Origin: Bugula neritina
Taxonomy: Eukaryota; Animalia; Bryozoa
Assembly: GCA_964035545.1 (NCBI GenBank)
Contig: OZ037767.1
Span: 17,233,781 to 17,297,780, forward strand
Direction of reading: 5' to 3'
DNA length: 64,000 bases
Of this stretch, positions 1 to 14,133 are shown one piece after another. The position numbers and the translations under genes are program-made. Below the pieces are notes generated by a model. The model worked only from the letters and a program-made list of their open reading frames with translations, ran no database searches and had not been told where the DNA came from. Every line of letters begins with the position of its first letter. Positions within the stretch are counted from its first letter, which is position 1.

Positions 1-191
1 TCGATTTAGTTAGAGGTGAGACAACACTTGTTTGTTGTGCTGTAGTTAGAGGTGACTTGGTCTCCTGATATTTACTATACTTGGTAATAGAGATGTACTG
101 GTCATATATAACATTTAGTTTACAATCCAGATTGCAAGGACTTAATATTTTAAGACCAAGGTGTAAGTTGAATTTTGTATTGCATTAACAG

Positions 192-1124
192 ACACACGCG
201 ATGACCTGTTTGAGGATGTCAAAATGACTGACATCATGTCAAAGATGTACAAGAACACATCGGATAAACCACCCGGGTTCCTTCAGCTCTGTTTAGATAA
301 TAAAAGAGAAAACATAGCTCGATATCTTATCAACAATGGTGTGGATATGTGGGAAGACGTAGTGGTACGTCTCCTTAAGCCAACTGAATTATGTTATAAA
401 GACTTGCTGTGCTAACAATGACAGAAACCTGCAGAAATTGTAAAAATTTTTGCAGCTCATTTTCATACACTCTTCATTCTAAAACCTTTCATTTTACAGC
501 TGGAAGACAAGGTGATGAAGTTTCCTCTCGCAGTAGAGAAGGCGGGAATGTTGAGGTTAAATGAGTTCTTATCCAAACGAGTAAGTTGAGATGTTTTATG
601 CAGACGTGAATTACTGAATGTGAGAAAAGTGTAGTTGTAGGGTTGAGTATACCCAGTGGTCCCAGTAGTGTAATGTATAGTGCGCCTGCTTGCAAGCCAG
701 TGGTCTCGAGTTCGAATCCCAGTGGGGGCAAATTTAATTTGTTAAAGTAGATGATCAACAGTTTCATGCTGATTTGGTACAAGTGCGAGTAGAGCGAGTA
801 CAGAGTGAGTAAGAGTATATAATCAGTATGAGTATAGGGCCAGTATGAGTACAGAGTGTTAGTACATAGTCAGTTTGAATACAGAGTGTCAGTACATATA
901 GTCAGTTTGAGTACAGAGTGTCAGTACATAGTCAGTTTGAGTACAGAGTGCGTAGCTATAACTCAACGCTGTAGAGGAGAGAAGACACGGACGAAGATGC
1001 TAAGTTCAAGGAAGCAGAGAAAACTGTAAAGGAAGCGAAGGCGGAGACATCTAAGTGGACAGAAGAAGAGACGGGAGAGGAAGATGAGGATAACGGGAAG
1101 AGCAAGACCTGCACTGTGTTGTGA
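192..1124 (+). CDS. 3' end of an unidentified gene (exons 192-364, 500-580, 975-1124); weak ankyrin-like segment, acidic tail and C-terminal CaaX box
   Basis: AG/GT-bounded exons join in frame: ...PPGFLQLCLDNKRENIARYLINNGVDMWEDVV|LEDKVMKFPLAVEKAGMLRLNEFLSKR|RREDTDEDAKF...EEDEDNGKSKTCTVL*. The 5' part is outside the window. Confidence 0.7.
660..728 (+). mobile_element. tRNA-derived repeat (SINE head or pseudo-tRNA) in an intron
   Basis: A-box-like TAGTGTAATG, loop CTTGCAA and B-box GAGTTCGAATCC. The flanks (GTTGAG..ACCCAGTG / GGGG.CAAA.TTT) are shared with the copy at 24627, and the stems are imperfect. Confidence 0.6.
836..950. repeat. short intronic tandem repeat (~29 bp, CAGTTTGAGTACAGAGTGTCAGTACATAG)
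   Basis: About 4 degenerate copies read directly. Confidence 0.8.
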
Positions 1125-1464
1125 TTGGACGATCTGCTAACTTATATAAACATACTTGAAGTTGTAATATAATACGTTTATTTATTAACAAATTTAGTCA
1201 TTTATCTCACTTTCACCTATTCACACTAACTTAGTGTACGGACATATGCAGTGCTCAATAGTTATAATATATTTTTCTATTTTTCACTTTTTAACAAAGC
1301 TAAAATTTTCCTAAAGCATGTGAAATTTTTATCATAATCTCAAAATAGACTTTCACATTTCACCAAATATAGGATTAATCTATCTCGACAGTTTGTCCCC
1401 TAATCTGAGTTTTAACTTCACGCCTCAATGACTCATTTGACTAGATAGTATTCCGTCACAGTTA

Positions 1465-3962
1465 TCAAGTTGTCTCCCCCTGAGTAACAGGTTCCTCCAT
1501 AGACTTGGCTACGGGTTGTTTCTTCTCTTTAGACTGTCTAGCCTCAGCCCGCGCTGCTTTTACCTGAAATCAAAGGCTATGTTCTGAATTGGCAGAGCAA
1601 AGTAACTGGTAAGAAAAACAGAGTTTCTTATACGCAAATTCTAACCATAGAAGTTGTAAGAAATAAACCAATAAACCAAATAACTGCTACATAATGTGCG
1701 CCAATCATAACTGTAAAGTTATCCCACAATTATGGGTAAATAGTATAATGAATGGTGGGCTGTGGTGGTCAACAACCAGCTAAGTTACTAGACATCTTAT
1801 TATACAGTCCGATATCTGGACAGGTAAAACATCCCCTGGAGACTTACGCCAACGAGACAACTTGTGAAGGGAGTAAGTATTACATAATAATATGACACAT
1901 AGATATATATAGGTTTAACGTACAGCATCTTTATTATCCCTCACAGAGCTAGGACTCTCTAAAGGTATAGTGACTGGTCCATCATTCTGTATGTGAACCT
2001 GCATGTACGCCTGGAACCTGCCATCTGGGAGAAACACACAACCAACTTAGCAAATCTAACAGACGGGCAGAAAAACAGACAGACATATCTGTAGAGAATA
2101 GCAATAGATTTTATTATATTTAGTATTGTAATACACTAAAATTTAATTCACACAATTTAAGACTAAGTACTGAGTAGAGAGCAATGAGCAGATAAATCCA
2201 ACACTTGAATATCCACTTATTTGCAGGTCACAGTATTACACGTAATATTAGAGCTGAACAGAAGGTATTTGCAGGTCAAAGTATTAGACATAGTAGAATT
2301 GAACAGAAGGTTACTATACGAGTTACTCAAAAATATAGCACCATAGAAAGTGAAGTTTAACGACCTAATATATTATGCATAAATTAAGTAGCTAGTTTAT
2401 ACCGAGGACCATTTATTTTTTACAGATCACCATTCATTTTCTAGAGATAATCATTTATTTTCTACAGCCTACCTTTAATTTTCTCTTCCGAATAGGATGA
2501 CCTCAGTAGGTCAAGGAAAGAGTTGTACATGATCTGTGATTGGTCAGCTGACATAGCCTGGTGAAAGTCTGGTTTATTTCCCTTCAGTACACAGGACAAG
2601 GTGAACTACAGAATGAATATGTTGTATATACCACCCGTGTGTAATAAGGGGCGTGCAGGTCTACACATGGTACAATCAGGAATCAGAGTATAGATTCTTG
2701 AAGAATAAAATATAAAAATTAATTGTAGACCGTTCAACTTGGTTACTATAATGCCTTATTAGAATTTGTATACATATTTATAGAAAATCCTGCAAATAAC
2801 AAAAATTAAAGTAGTAGTGTCAATGCTTTAAAACTGGAAAGATTTTCTCAAGTTTTTGAAGTTAAACCGCTACATTCTGAACTTTCTTTTATTGTAAACC
2901 CTTAAATGCTTGTTTGTACATTCAACAGCAAAAATTAAAATAATTGGAAAACAACTTAAAAATTAAGTTATTTTGCTTTTTAATTAACAAAAAAATCAAT
3001 AAACACAACAGAAAGAGTTGCACTTCAAGTTCGGAACCAAAAACAAATATATCAACGTGATGTGAAAACCAGCTGAAGTATACTCATAGTAAGGCAGGTA
3101 GAGAGTGTAAACACACATACCTGACTTATACACAGCACCTCATATCCCTTATCCATCACGCTCTTGTTCCACGACTTTCCATTCTCATCTTCAAATAGCC
3201 TTAGGTTTAAAATCTTTTTGGCCCTTGAAATAACAGACGAATCAATATATTTGTTTCTAATCAATTTGATAAAAATAGTAGAATAATATTTTCATATTAA
3301 AACAGATGAATGGTTGACTCACATATACTGTACGTCTGCAGGTGTGTCATCTTTACTTATACCCAGTAAAACACACAAACCTTTCTCTATTGAGCTAACC
3401 AGTTCGTCTCCAACTGTAACATAATATTGCATCGAACTAGACTCAGTTTCTCAAACTTAACATGAGTACTTATAATTAGAATAATATCATAAATTGCAAG
3501 TATTAGTATGAGAGTGAAACTGAGTGGTACTTTTAAAACTACTCATAATAGTGTCATTCTAATTTCTACTAATTTTATAATTTGTTTATAATTATACACA
3601 CAATCATAATGATTATGCACTTGCCACTAGCAGTCATAACTCTCACTCACAAGTGATACTCGTTTCTGATGACCATAACATAAGTCTTGAACTCAACTTA
3701 GTGATGCTGAGTTCGTCAACCATAACACTAAAACTTATTAGTTACTACTACTACTAGTACTATTAGTGACTACAGTAACTGTACAACTAAGAGAGTAATG
3801 TTAATACTAATACTATAAGTATAACTGTATAACTATAAGTATTAGACATATTTTAATTTATATTAATCTAACCACTAATGGTACTAACCCTTAGGCCTTA
3901 CCCTAGGGGCAGGGCTTACCCGTCACACTTGCTTTAGTAACTCGTTGGATGATGGCCTTCAT
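1465..3962 (-). CDS. DTD1: D-aminoacyl-tRNA deacylase 1; exons 3962-3920, 3413-3323, 3223-3121, 2605-2473, 2024-1945, 1563-1465 (182 aa)
   Basis: Spliced product [34 protein letters not shown]...[34 protein letters not shown]...GNKPDFH...QVHIQNDGPVT carries the SQFTL and NDGPVT (Gly-cisPro) motifs. All introns are GT-AG and in phase; the last exon is less certain. Confidence 0.95.
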
Positions 3963-4622
3963 TTTATGGTTCAGTCGAATCTATGTAGTTGAATAACTTG
4001 TACAGATTTAAAACAGAAGGCTTCACACACTGAAGTATGAACTTATTATACTACTCTCATTTAGTATTTTTGCAGAAAACTGCTAGATGCAGCACCAAGT
4101 TGCTAGACGCAGTGGCTTTGAGATCTCGAGTCTCGAATTTAAACAACCATAAGTATAAACTCAGCACTCACTCACCGCCAATGTGGTGCTGCTACTAGTG
4201 ACATTTGTTTTCACAGTAGGTATGCTTAGACTGCGGTCAAGAAACTCAATAAAAGATTGGTCATAAAAGCATTTACATTGTATTAGTCACAGATATTATT
4301 TGCCGCTTAAATGGCAGAACATAAAAGTAATCAGAGCGGCGATTCTAGTTTTTCTGTTTCTCTTCTACAAATGAGGTGGGATCGAAGAATTTGGAGCGAC
4401 ACTCTCGAACCTTATAAAAACGTTAGCGTGATTTGGCCCGAATAAATAAACAGATCCATTTACCGAGACAAGATTGCAGCCAACAGTGGTAGAATAACGT
4501 TTCAGTGTGAGTTGAGTTTTGTGGACTCAGCAAAGGTTGAACGACGAGATTGACTTTGAGCCTGAAGCTTCATTCCTATAGATTGATTAATAATTCTTTC
4601 TGCTGAATCCTAAAACTTAATA
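3963..4622. promoter_or_regulatory. probable bidirectional promoter / 5' UTRs of DTD1 and ERH
   Basis: Divergent start codons 660 bp apart; the segment is locally richer in CpG and includes AGATCTCGAGTCTCGAAT. TSS positions are not determinable. Confidence 0.55.
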
Positions 4623-7572
4623 ATGGTATGTATTTTAAGTTGTAACTTAAAACACCAAGTCTAAAGTTAAACTCAAACTCACATTGACACTGACTCTGAA
4701 GTCTGAGTCATTCACAGTCTAAGTCTGGGTCACGACTATCAGACTCAGTAAGTCAAAGTGAGTAGGCCTATGAGTATCGCCATCACATCAGTATGAGTAT
4801 CTGTAGCATTTTCACTATCTATAGGCAAAACACATTGTGTATCAAAATCAATATGAAAACCAAAATGACAATAACTGCATAAGTTATTGTCATTTCGTCA
4901 TTTTTGAATAACTATAAGTATAACTATGAAAGTGTCAGCATCAGCATAACTATGAATATCAATATGAGTATTAGTATGACTATGAATATCAATATTACAA
5001 TCATAATGAATATGATGATCATTATCATTATGATCGTAATTATCATTTTACTTAGAGCTATCACTATCACTATGATAATGAGTAACTATAACTATGAGTA
5101 TGGCCGTAGGTATCAGAATCATTATGATTATCATAAACTTAAAGTGGTTATCATAATCTAAATCGCTATGAGTATGAGCTGAAGCTGAAAGTTAAACTAA
5201 GAGATACATCCACTTTCTCTCAGCCATATTTATAATAATAATTATAATAATCATAATGATTATGATTATTATAGTATTAAATAGTAGTAGTAATACTATT
5301 AGTGATAGTCAATGTGCTTAGCCTGCAATTGCAGTTGCACTATCAATACAACTAGTATTGCCATATACGTTCATATTGAGCTAGTCTTGAGCTATAGTTG
5401 TAATAAGATGAGACTACAAATAATTTTGAAAAAGCTATGATTATGACCATTGCAGATTATAAATACGATCAATGCTGGGCAATGTGTTGGAATTGAGTTG
5501 ACTTTGCTTTTTTTGGTCTTAGGTTTTTAAAATTGGAATAAAACTTCAATATTCTTCTTTTGACCCATGTTATTATTTGACGGATCAGGACAGATCAGGA
5601 GAGTTAAATATTTATAATTACTCCAATGAGAGGTTTACAGCTGTTGGTTATACATATAATTTTCATGGTCCCATGTTACTCAGTGAAAGCTACACATGTT
5701 TAGAGTATAAGAACGTAGTCCAGCTTTGATTGTAATGATGGTTATATACACACACTGTAGGCCCTACTAATAGGAATATATTGTAATTATTATTGATTCG
5801 TAAACACTAACTAGCTGCTAAGTCATACTATGAATAAAAGAAGCGTCTTTTCCAATCATAACTGTCATGGTGATAGACATGTACTTTAACTCTAAGTTGA
5901 ATAGGAATAAAGTAACTTGTAGAAGTATATAGATAGTGATGCATGTTAAGTACTACTTTATTAAATATTGATTCATATATACCATATTACTATAATATGC
6001 TATGTTACTATACACCATATAACATTGCTATAATGTAGTATCACTATAATATAATAAAACTCATAAAAGTTTATAGTCACTATGCCTGTGAGAAACCCCT
6101 GATGGAAGGGGTTTTTGTTAAATTGGGCTAAGGACTCATTCAGATGAGGCACAGGGGCAATTATGAATGGATGTTCTTTCTAACATCACTAATAGCCTTT
6201 GTCCAGGTTCGAACCCATGACCCTAGACCACGGCTGCTCCCTTTTACTATAATATAATATATCACTATAATGTATTACTACTAGAATGTACTTTATTATA
6301 ATATTATAATATTACTATAATATAATATATTATATTACTAGAATATACTATGTTGTTATACTATATATTACTAAAATGTATTACTACTATAATACACAGG
6401 CACACACAATCCTCTTAGTTCAGCCCTCCAACTCCCCCGAGTCTCGCACATACAGTGACTACGAGTCGCTGACGGAGATGTTGGAAGGAATATGCCGAAT
6501 CTACGAGGAGCACCTGAAGAGGAACCACCCGAGACAACCCAGCATCACCTACGATATATCCCAGCTCTTTGACTTTATTGACCAGTTTACAGATCTCAGC
6601 TGTCTTGTGTACGTGTCTATGTGACTTACCTTTCACTTACCTCTTACTACTCTGTATAGTGTGACTCACTACTCTGTATAGTGTGACTCTCTACTCTGTA
6701 TAGTGTGACTCTCTACTCTGTATAGCGTGACTCTCTACTCTGTATAGCGTGACTCTCTACTCTGTATAGTGTGACTCTCTACTCTGTATAGTGTGACTCA
6801 CTACTCTGTATAGTGTGACTCACTACTCTGTATAGTGTGACTCTCTACTCTGTATAGCGTGACTCTCTACTCTGTATAGCGTGACTCTCTACTCTGTATA
6901 GTGTGACTCTCTACTCTGTATAGTGTGACTCACTACTCTGTATAGTGTGACTCTCTACTCTGTCTAGTGTGACTTACTACTCTGTATAGTGTGACTCTCT
7001 ACTCTGTATAGTGTGACTCACTACTCTGTATAGTGTGACTCACTACTCTGTATAGTGTGACTCACTACTCTGTATAGTGTGACTCACTACTCTGTATAGT
7101 GTGACTCACTACTATGTATAGTGTGACTCACTACTCTGTATAGTGCGACTCACTACTCTGTATAGTGTGACTCTCTACTATGTAGAATGTTGCCAGTAAC
7201 TGACTTGGGGTTTGAATATAAAAAGAAACAAGGGGTGCATCGGTGCTGAGATTTAATTAGCTCAAAGGCTGAGCCTTCCAAGTTTTGGAATGCAAGAAGT
7301 TTGAAACAAAATTTTTTTTACCATTTTCTTGTATTCCTTAGATGTAAATTAATTCTAATATGTTATTGAATGTACATATAATATATACGATTGCATATAC
7401 ATATATTATATTATACATAGTTTGTGTTCCATTATTATACAAGTATAAAAAATATAGTGTGAGTTCTCTACTGCACAGATATGATAAAAAGAAGAATGCG
7501 TATGGACCACACTCTAAGGACTGGATCAAGGAGAAGATTTACATACTCTTGAGGAAACAAGCTGGGCAGTAA
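4623..7572 (+). CDS. ERH: enhancer of rudimentary homolog; exons 4623-4625 (ATG only), 6400-6608, 7479-7572 (101 aa)
   Basis: M|[23 protein letters not shown]...YEEHLKR...[23 protein letters not shown]|[30 protein letters not shown] is close to canonical ERH. ATG|GTATGT donor at 4625/4626. Confidence 0.95.
6068..6240 (-). mobile_element. dispersed SINE-like repeat, copy 1 (others at ~9271-9415 and ~19498-19620)
   Basis: Three copies share TTTATAG...GAAACCC(C)TGATG...GGGCTAAGGACT...ATTATGA.TGGATG.TC.T.CTAACATCAC. On the minus strand a B-box (GGTTCGAACC) precedes the conserved core. Confidence 0.7.
6645..7185. repeat. 22-bp minisatellite (TACTCTGTATAGTGTGACTCAC) in ERH intron 2
   Basis: About 24 tandem copies. 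Confidence 0.95.
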
Positions 7573-9270
7573 CTCTTCCTTAGAGTTATCTTCTCTTCCG
7601 TACTTGGAAGTTGTCATCTCTCTTTCGTACATGTTCTGTGTTTGATGTATATACCCAAAGCTACTCCATTTCTGCACCTTATTTCTGTCCTAAGTTGTAT
7701 TTTGTATATAATGAGTAGTGAATAGCTTGTGATGATGTATTGGCTTTAGTAATAAATTGATTATCATTTTCTAACACTGCTCTAGTTTTTCTCTCAAATA
7801 CTAATGTTTCAAACAATTTGCTTTTTTGTTCATATGAGAAAAGTGCAGCAACATGAAAATACTAGGAAGTTAGTGTCAAACAATAGCAAGTGTGACAGCT
7901 GCGTTACTCGCTGTAACCTGGTACGGTATCAACTCTTCCCAGAATACCATGTGATGACGGCACGCTAAAAATTATAGAACAATTTGCCTTTTGAGTCTTT
8001 GCGAATTTTCTACTTTTTATATATTACAGTGAATAGAGCACTAAATAACACAAGTTACAAAACATTGATCACAAATTGTTACAATACTATAAGGTATGAT
8101 ATTTAGGAGCTGTCTCTTTCCTGTTGAAAATTAGCACCAAGAGTCAAGTCTGCACAACATTAATTGCACTAAAGTGATATTTTAAAGGACAATTACTATA
8201 AAAACAATGACCTGCGGTAGCAATATGTGCGAAATATAGTCCCTGATTACATGTTTATTGATATATGTGTTGTATATAGTATATAATAATACAAATACAC
8301 AGAGTAAACACTTTTAAATATTATTATTCAACATGCCATCATATAACCCGACATAACAATATTGGCAGTCATCCAACCATAACATTTAATACGTAGTAAC
8401 TAGTAAGCTACCACAGCATTGGCTAGTAACTTGTACACACGAGTGCACGTGTTTCACTACTCTACTTACAGCGTACTGTAAAGCCTGCAGCTATTTACAC
8501 TAACAATAACTATTCTATTCTTGGTTTGCCTTGTTGCAGTAATACATCACAATACACACACATAGACACTGCTCAGTCGCCTTGATTCTTAGGATGTTAT
8601 CATGAGTGGCTTCAACAATCTTCTTTACTCATAGTGATAACTCACCCGTACTGGTAAGTGTTACTGATACAAATACTTTAATATTCTGTATCTACAATGC
8701 TGGAAATCGTAGAATAAGCTAATGAACTGTTTGACTATGAATGAATAGCTATACTTCTAGTATATTAATATATTATTACTAACAATAGTCAATACTGTAC
8801 AGTACCAGTACCACACTTTGAGTTTGAACCACACTTCTGCGTGTTACATTTCTTATTAACTCAGTTCAACATACTCACCTATGGACATGGTATTGTATCA
8901 GACGTCAGTGCTTGGGTTTAATCTTTTGTCTCAAACCATAGGAATACATTTCAGCAATTGCTATTTATATTTCGCGTGTGACCCTAGCTATGTGATAACC
9001 TATCCCCAATAGGGTAAATGTCAATGCACCACTAGAATACTATTATGGAGTATGATACTAAATTATTACTTTATTAGTCCAGATAATTTATATTACTATA
9101 GTATATATTTATATCATTATTCTATGTATATTATATTACTATATAATGTAGTTATAAAATTACTTTATATATTTTCTATCATTATATAGTTAAAGATTGT
9201 TCCATATATATTATATTTATTATGTATTTATAATATTATTTCCAGTATATTTTAAAATACCACATGGGTT

Positions 9271-9415
9271 TATAGCTGCCATCCTTGTGGGAAACCCTGA
9301 TGGAAAGGGGTATTTAAATCGGGCTAAGGACTTGCTTTCTATTGTGACGCAGGAGTAATTATGACTGGATGCTCTTCCTAACATCACAAATGGCCTTTAC
9401 TGTAATTGGAACCAC
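9271..9415 (-). mobile_element. SINE-like repeat, copy 2
   Basis: Homologous to 6068-6240. Confidence 0.65.
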
Positions 9416-11084
9416 TGCTTTTAGTTCCAGTTATTTATGTTGTATTATAAAATTAATCAAAATATTTTGTATTACTATATTACTATATATCATGCTATAT
9501 AATATACTGTATAATATATAACACAATTTATTGTTATAGTCCTCAAGAAGAAAAGCCAGCTCTGGGTTTCCAAGCTTTTAGTTTATAGATAGTTTTATTT
9601 AGTGGGCAGATAACTTCTTTCTATAGAATTGTTTTATTATGTCATGAGTCATGACCTTCATATATGAGGTGTTTTCTAGACAATTGATTAATATTACGTT
9701 CACAAGGTGATTTGTTTTGAACATTGATATCTACAGCCATGGGCTTATTACTTACTGTGCATATTCTGAAGAGGTTGTGCAGAAATTATTTTTTATATTA
9801 TTAGTATGTTAGACCCGGTCTCCAACTTTCTTGTCTTTGTACAAGACTACAACGTTTGACTATTAGTTTGGTTATAGTATTTTCGGTGTAGAGTTATAAA
9901 GTAATGCAGAGAGTTGTATACAGTTCACAATACTTAGTCTTAGTTCTGGAAGATCCTAGAAAGTTAGGGACGTGTCATACACCTACCGCTGTTGCAGCAC
10001 CGACCCTATTAGTAATGTGTATTGATTGATTCGTATAGCAGGGGGCAAGATCAGTGAGCCTCAAACATGTCTATTAAGAGATTCAAGAAGTATCTTGTGT
10101 GTGAAAGAATAAGAAAATATGCCGGGTGTATGGTTAATTGAAATGGATTAGTTGGGAATGTTGGGTCAGCTAATTAAGGATTAAGTCAGCGTGGAGGAGA
10201 CAAGTGTTACTTGAGCAGCTCCCAAGTCTTCCGTAATCGAGTATCATTTGTAACTTTGTAAGAACACTTAACTTGAATACTGAGTGTTGGTACAGCTATG
10301 TGATTTAATTAGTTGCAGGAAAGTTTTCATTGTACATGTATATGAGCTTATAATGTAGATGTGTTACATGTTATAGTACTCTACAGTATACGCTATAGTA
10401 ATACTCAGTTAGGCCTTCAGATTGCAACACAAAACTCAATTACTATTGACATCTCCCAGTTAGAAGCCCACCCTGCCTGTTCCACCATACACTGCTCACC
10501 AAGACTTCATCTAGATTACTACGGACTCTCCCAACTACTCTAATTGTTTCCTCTCTCTCTGTATCAGAACAATAACCTTGTCTACTATATGAATAATTAC
10601 GGTGTTCCATCAGATAGCAACAAAACCTCTTAATTAATGGTGAGATTGTATCAGAATGGCTCGTGTGAAAGTGTTGCTAGGCTGTGTGAATAGAAAACGT
10701 AACCACTTCACTTGCTCTTGTTGCAGGTGGTTACAGGTGGTTGCAGGTGGTTGCTAGGTAGATTGTTAATGCAGTACGTGGGTACAGTTTAGCACGCAGG
10801 GTTTCCAATGAACACATTTCCATTTAAATAACTCTAATGTTTTAATGGTCGAAAAATCTATATTAATTGTAAAGCTTTTCATAACGTTTTGGCTTTTAAA
10901 TATCAGAATGTGTTTTAGAGAAGACCATAAGTTGTGCAGCTTTGAAAGCCGTGTGAATTATTAGGCATGCACTGAAAGCTTCATTATATTTTTTTGTAAT
11001 TGTTGTATTAAATCAGATTTCATGCATGACCAGGGCTGGGGATGTTCTACCAGCTATTATTCTTTAGTGTAGTAGAGTATATAG

Positions 11085-11410
11085 TATACTCTACTCTGTA
11101 TACTCTACTCTGTATACTCTACTCTGTATACTCTACTCTGTATACTCTACTCTGTATACTCTACTCTGTATACTCTACTCTGTATACTCTGTGTACTCTG
11201 TATACTCTGTGTACTCTGTATACTCTACTCTGTATACTCTGTATACTCTACTCTGTATACTCTACTCTGTATACTCTACTCTGTATACTCTACTCTGTAT
11301 ACTCTACTCTGTATACTCTACTCTGTATACTCTACTCTGTATACTCTACTCTGTATACTCTACTCTGTATACTCTACTCTGTATACTCTACTCTGTATAC
11401 TCTACTCTGT
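11085..11410. repeat. 14-bp minisatellite (TACTCTACTCTGTA)
   Basis: Tandem copies; explains the spurious ORFs at 11042 and 11191. Confidence 0.95.
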
Positions 11411-11689
11411 ATGATCTACTATATTAGCTAATGGAGTTAGGATTAGCTGGGATTTCAGTTGAACTCAGAGTTTTAGAAATGAAAATAGAAGAAGTTCATC
11501 GTTTTGATCTCATTTATTACTTTGAGTTTGATAGTTCATTTTAACCGCTAGAGTTTAGAGCTTATTTTAGGGTGTGAAAGCTTCTAATATATTTGCTGGA
11601 AGCTATAAAGTTGTATAAATTGTATATTCTGGGGACAGTGCAGGTTTTTATGAGTAGGTAAGAATATAACCTTAATTACCGTAGAAATT

Positions 11690-11930
11690 TTGATATGAGA
11701 ATCTACTTCCTGTCCGTCTGTCTGTCTGTCTGTCTGTTATTCATCTCACCAGCAGCAGAGAAAGGGGAAGGAGTGTTGAGTGATAATTGCACTAAGGAAG
11801 AGGGAGATAACCATCTGATTAGTCACTCTCAGGTGTTGGGTCCTACTCAAACTTAACATCTCCATTAAGGGGCCCCTCTCCCGCCACCCTAGCATATCAG
11901 CTTATTAGTCTAAAACTCTCAGACTACACT
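11690..11930. mobile_element. possible non-autonomous Helentron/HINE-like element
   Basis: GTCC/GTCT microsatellite at 11711-11737 followed by a GC-richer core with a GGGGCCCC palindrome; ends not defined. Confidence 0.3.
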
Positions 11931-13484
11931 CACTTTAATTAGAAAAGGAATTTATAACTTTGCATTCATTACTTGCCCATTAGCTTTGATTTCTTTAGAA
12001 ATGAAAAGGAGTGAAATATTTGATAGATCTTATTGTGTTGATTAGGTGCTGATAAGTGCAATTATGTCAGAGAGAGGCTGGGCTAGTCAGCAGTTTATAA
12101 CCCTTGTGTATGCGTAAGTACGTTAGTGATAAGTTAGGGTAATGTACAGGTAAGTCTACTTAACACTGGTCTACTTAGCATTGGTAACTTACATGTAAGT
12201 CTTATAGCACTGGGAATATAATATATATACGTTATAGTTGTATTATGATATACATCTGCATGGGAGGATATATTACCAAATATATACAGAGTGTAAGTAC
12301 ATCATGTAAGTAAATATATTATATTACCTTGTAAGTGTATAACTCAGTGTGAGTATATGATGTAAGTTATATAAGTATAATGTGCAGTGTAAGTGTTATA
12401 CTATAAATACAAGTGTAAGTATTATACTAACATAAAAGATTTCATCAACAAGTATAGACAGTACATGAAAAATGCTAGTTTTTGAGACGAGTTTTATAAA
12501 GCTAGTAGTTTGCAGGCCCTAGGTGGAAATGATTACTATATGTCTAGTACTTAACAATAATCTGGAGTATTTTAAGAAAATTACAGAATAGAGACTAGAA
12601 TAGGCGGTGTTTGAGCATACATAATTAGGGTGTCTCAAAGGAAGGGTAATTACGCTGAATAAAGGTGGTGAACCTCCCAATTCAGGTACAAATTGCCCCA
12701 CGCCTATTTTCTCAGTGATGGATTAACTAAATTGCATATTCACCCACTTGACTTAAGGTATATTACTCGTGTTTTACTCTTTGTATTGTCGTCTGATTGA
12801 TAGCTGGTTGAATAATAGTTAGAGTTTTAAGTTATTCTATTACACAACGATCAACACAATGGCTAGTAATATAAAACCATATCTATTGCCAGAGCTGCTA
12901 ATATAACGCTGTTGTGTAAAGCCCTGTACAATTCATAGAGAGTAGAAAGCATTTTTTGTGTTTTGTAATGTGCACGAAGTTATTTAAATCTAGTTTTATC
13001 AGTTATATATACACACCAAAGATATAGTAACTATAAATAAAAACATCCTGTATATATAATACACTGGAAATTATAATTATATATATATATTAGTATGCAT
13101 AGTCATGTACAACTTCCACTGGTACAATATCCATTAGTTCCAACACTGCTATTCTATCCTCAGTCTATATTATAAAATTTATTGCTATGTTGCAACTCTG
13201 AGCCATTAAAGAACCAGGATTATAGAAATAAGATTATAATGAGTTATTTATTAACTTCTGAACTCTAAGTGACTTGTATAAACATAAATTACTGGCTAAT
13301 GGATTGTGTTATGTTTTCTTAGCAAATTTTTTTTTGTTTTCTATTATATATGTATCCTTTCCTCTCACCATTGATCTCTAAGTTAGCATGCTTTTAGATA
13401 ATATCATTTTCAACTTCCTCTTTTACATGTTTGTTAGTACTACTCCATATTTGTGGGCTGTATTTTATTTATATCAGTCATATA

Positions 13485-13725
13485 TCATACTGTCACACTA
13501 TACTGTCACACTACGCTGTCACACTATACTGTCACACTATACTGTCTCACTACGCTGTCACACTACGCTGTCAAACTATACTGTCACACTACGCTGCCAC
13601 ACTATACTGTCACACTTCGCTGTCACACTATACTGTCACACTACGCTGTCACACTACACTGTCACACTATACTGTCACACTACGCTGTCACACTGCTATG
13701 TCACACTATATTGTCACACTGCGCT
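13485..13725. repeat. 13-bp minisatellite (CACACTATACTGT / CACACTACGCTGT alternating)
   Basis: Tandem copies read directly. Confidence 0.9.
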
Positions 13726-13959
13726 GCCATTGCTGCTGCTGCTGTTACGAACCAATGGAAAACTAATAGCGAGAGGTTTAAGGTGTTATATGGACTGCGT
13801 CTTAAACTCACACATGGTTTGAGGGCTTTTGCTGTAGCACAGGTGCTCTCCCGGAATATATATAGAGATTATGGCCCTGATAGGATGCTAACCCCACACA
13901 ATGGCTGCTCTGTAATGCAAAGTTTAGTGATTAGAAGGGATAAGGAAAGCTGGTTATTT

Positions 13960-14133
13960 CTGCAGCTAGGTTAGTTCTGCAGCTAAGTTAGTTATGCAGA
14001 TAGGTTACTTCTGCAGATAGGTTAGTCCTGCAGATAGGTTATTGTGCAGATAGGTTATTGTGCAGCTAGGTTATTTCTGCAGCTAGGTTACTCCTGCAGC
14101 TAGGTCACTTCTGCAGCTAGGTTAGTCCTGCAG
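13960..14133. repeat. 17-20 bp degenerate tandem repeat (CTGCAGCTAGGTTA core)
   Basis: About 9 copies. Confidence 0.85.

Noticed and set aside
660-728. Functional tRNA genes here and at 24627-24697
   Set aside because: Acceptor and anticodon stems pair poorly, and both share non-tRNA flanks, indicating a dispersed repeat.
4904-5161. 85-aa Ile/Met/Asn ORF
   Set aside because: Low-complexity degenerate (ATN)n sequence inside ERH intron 1.
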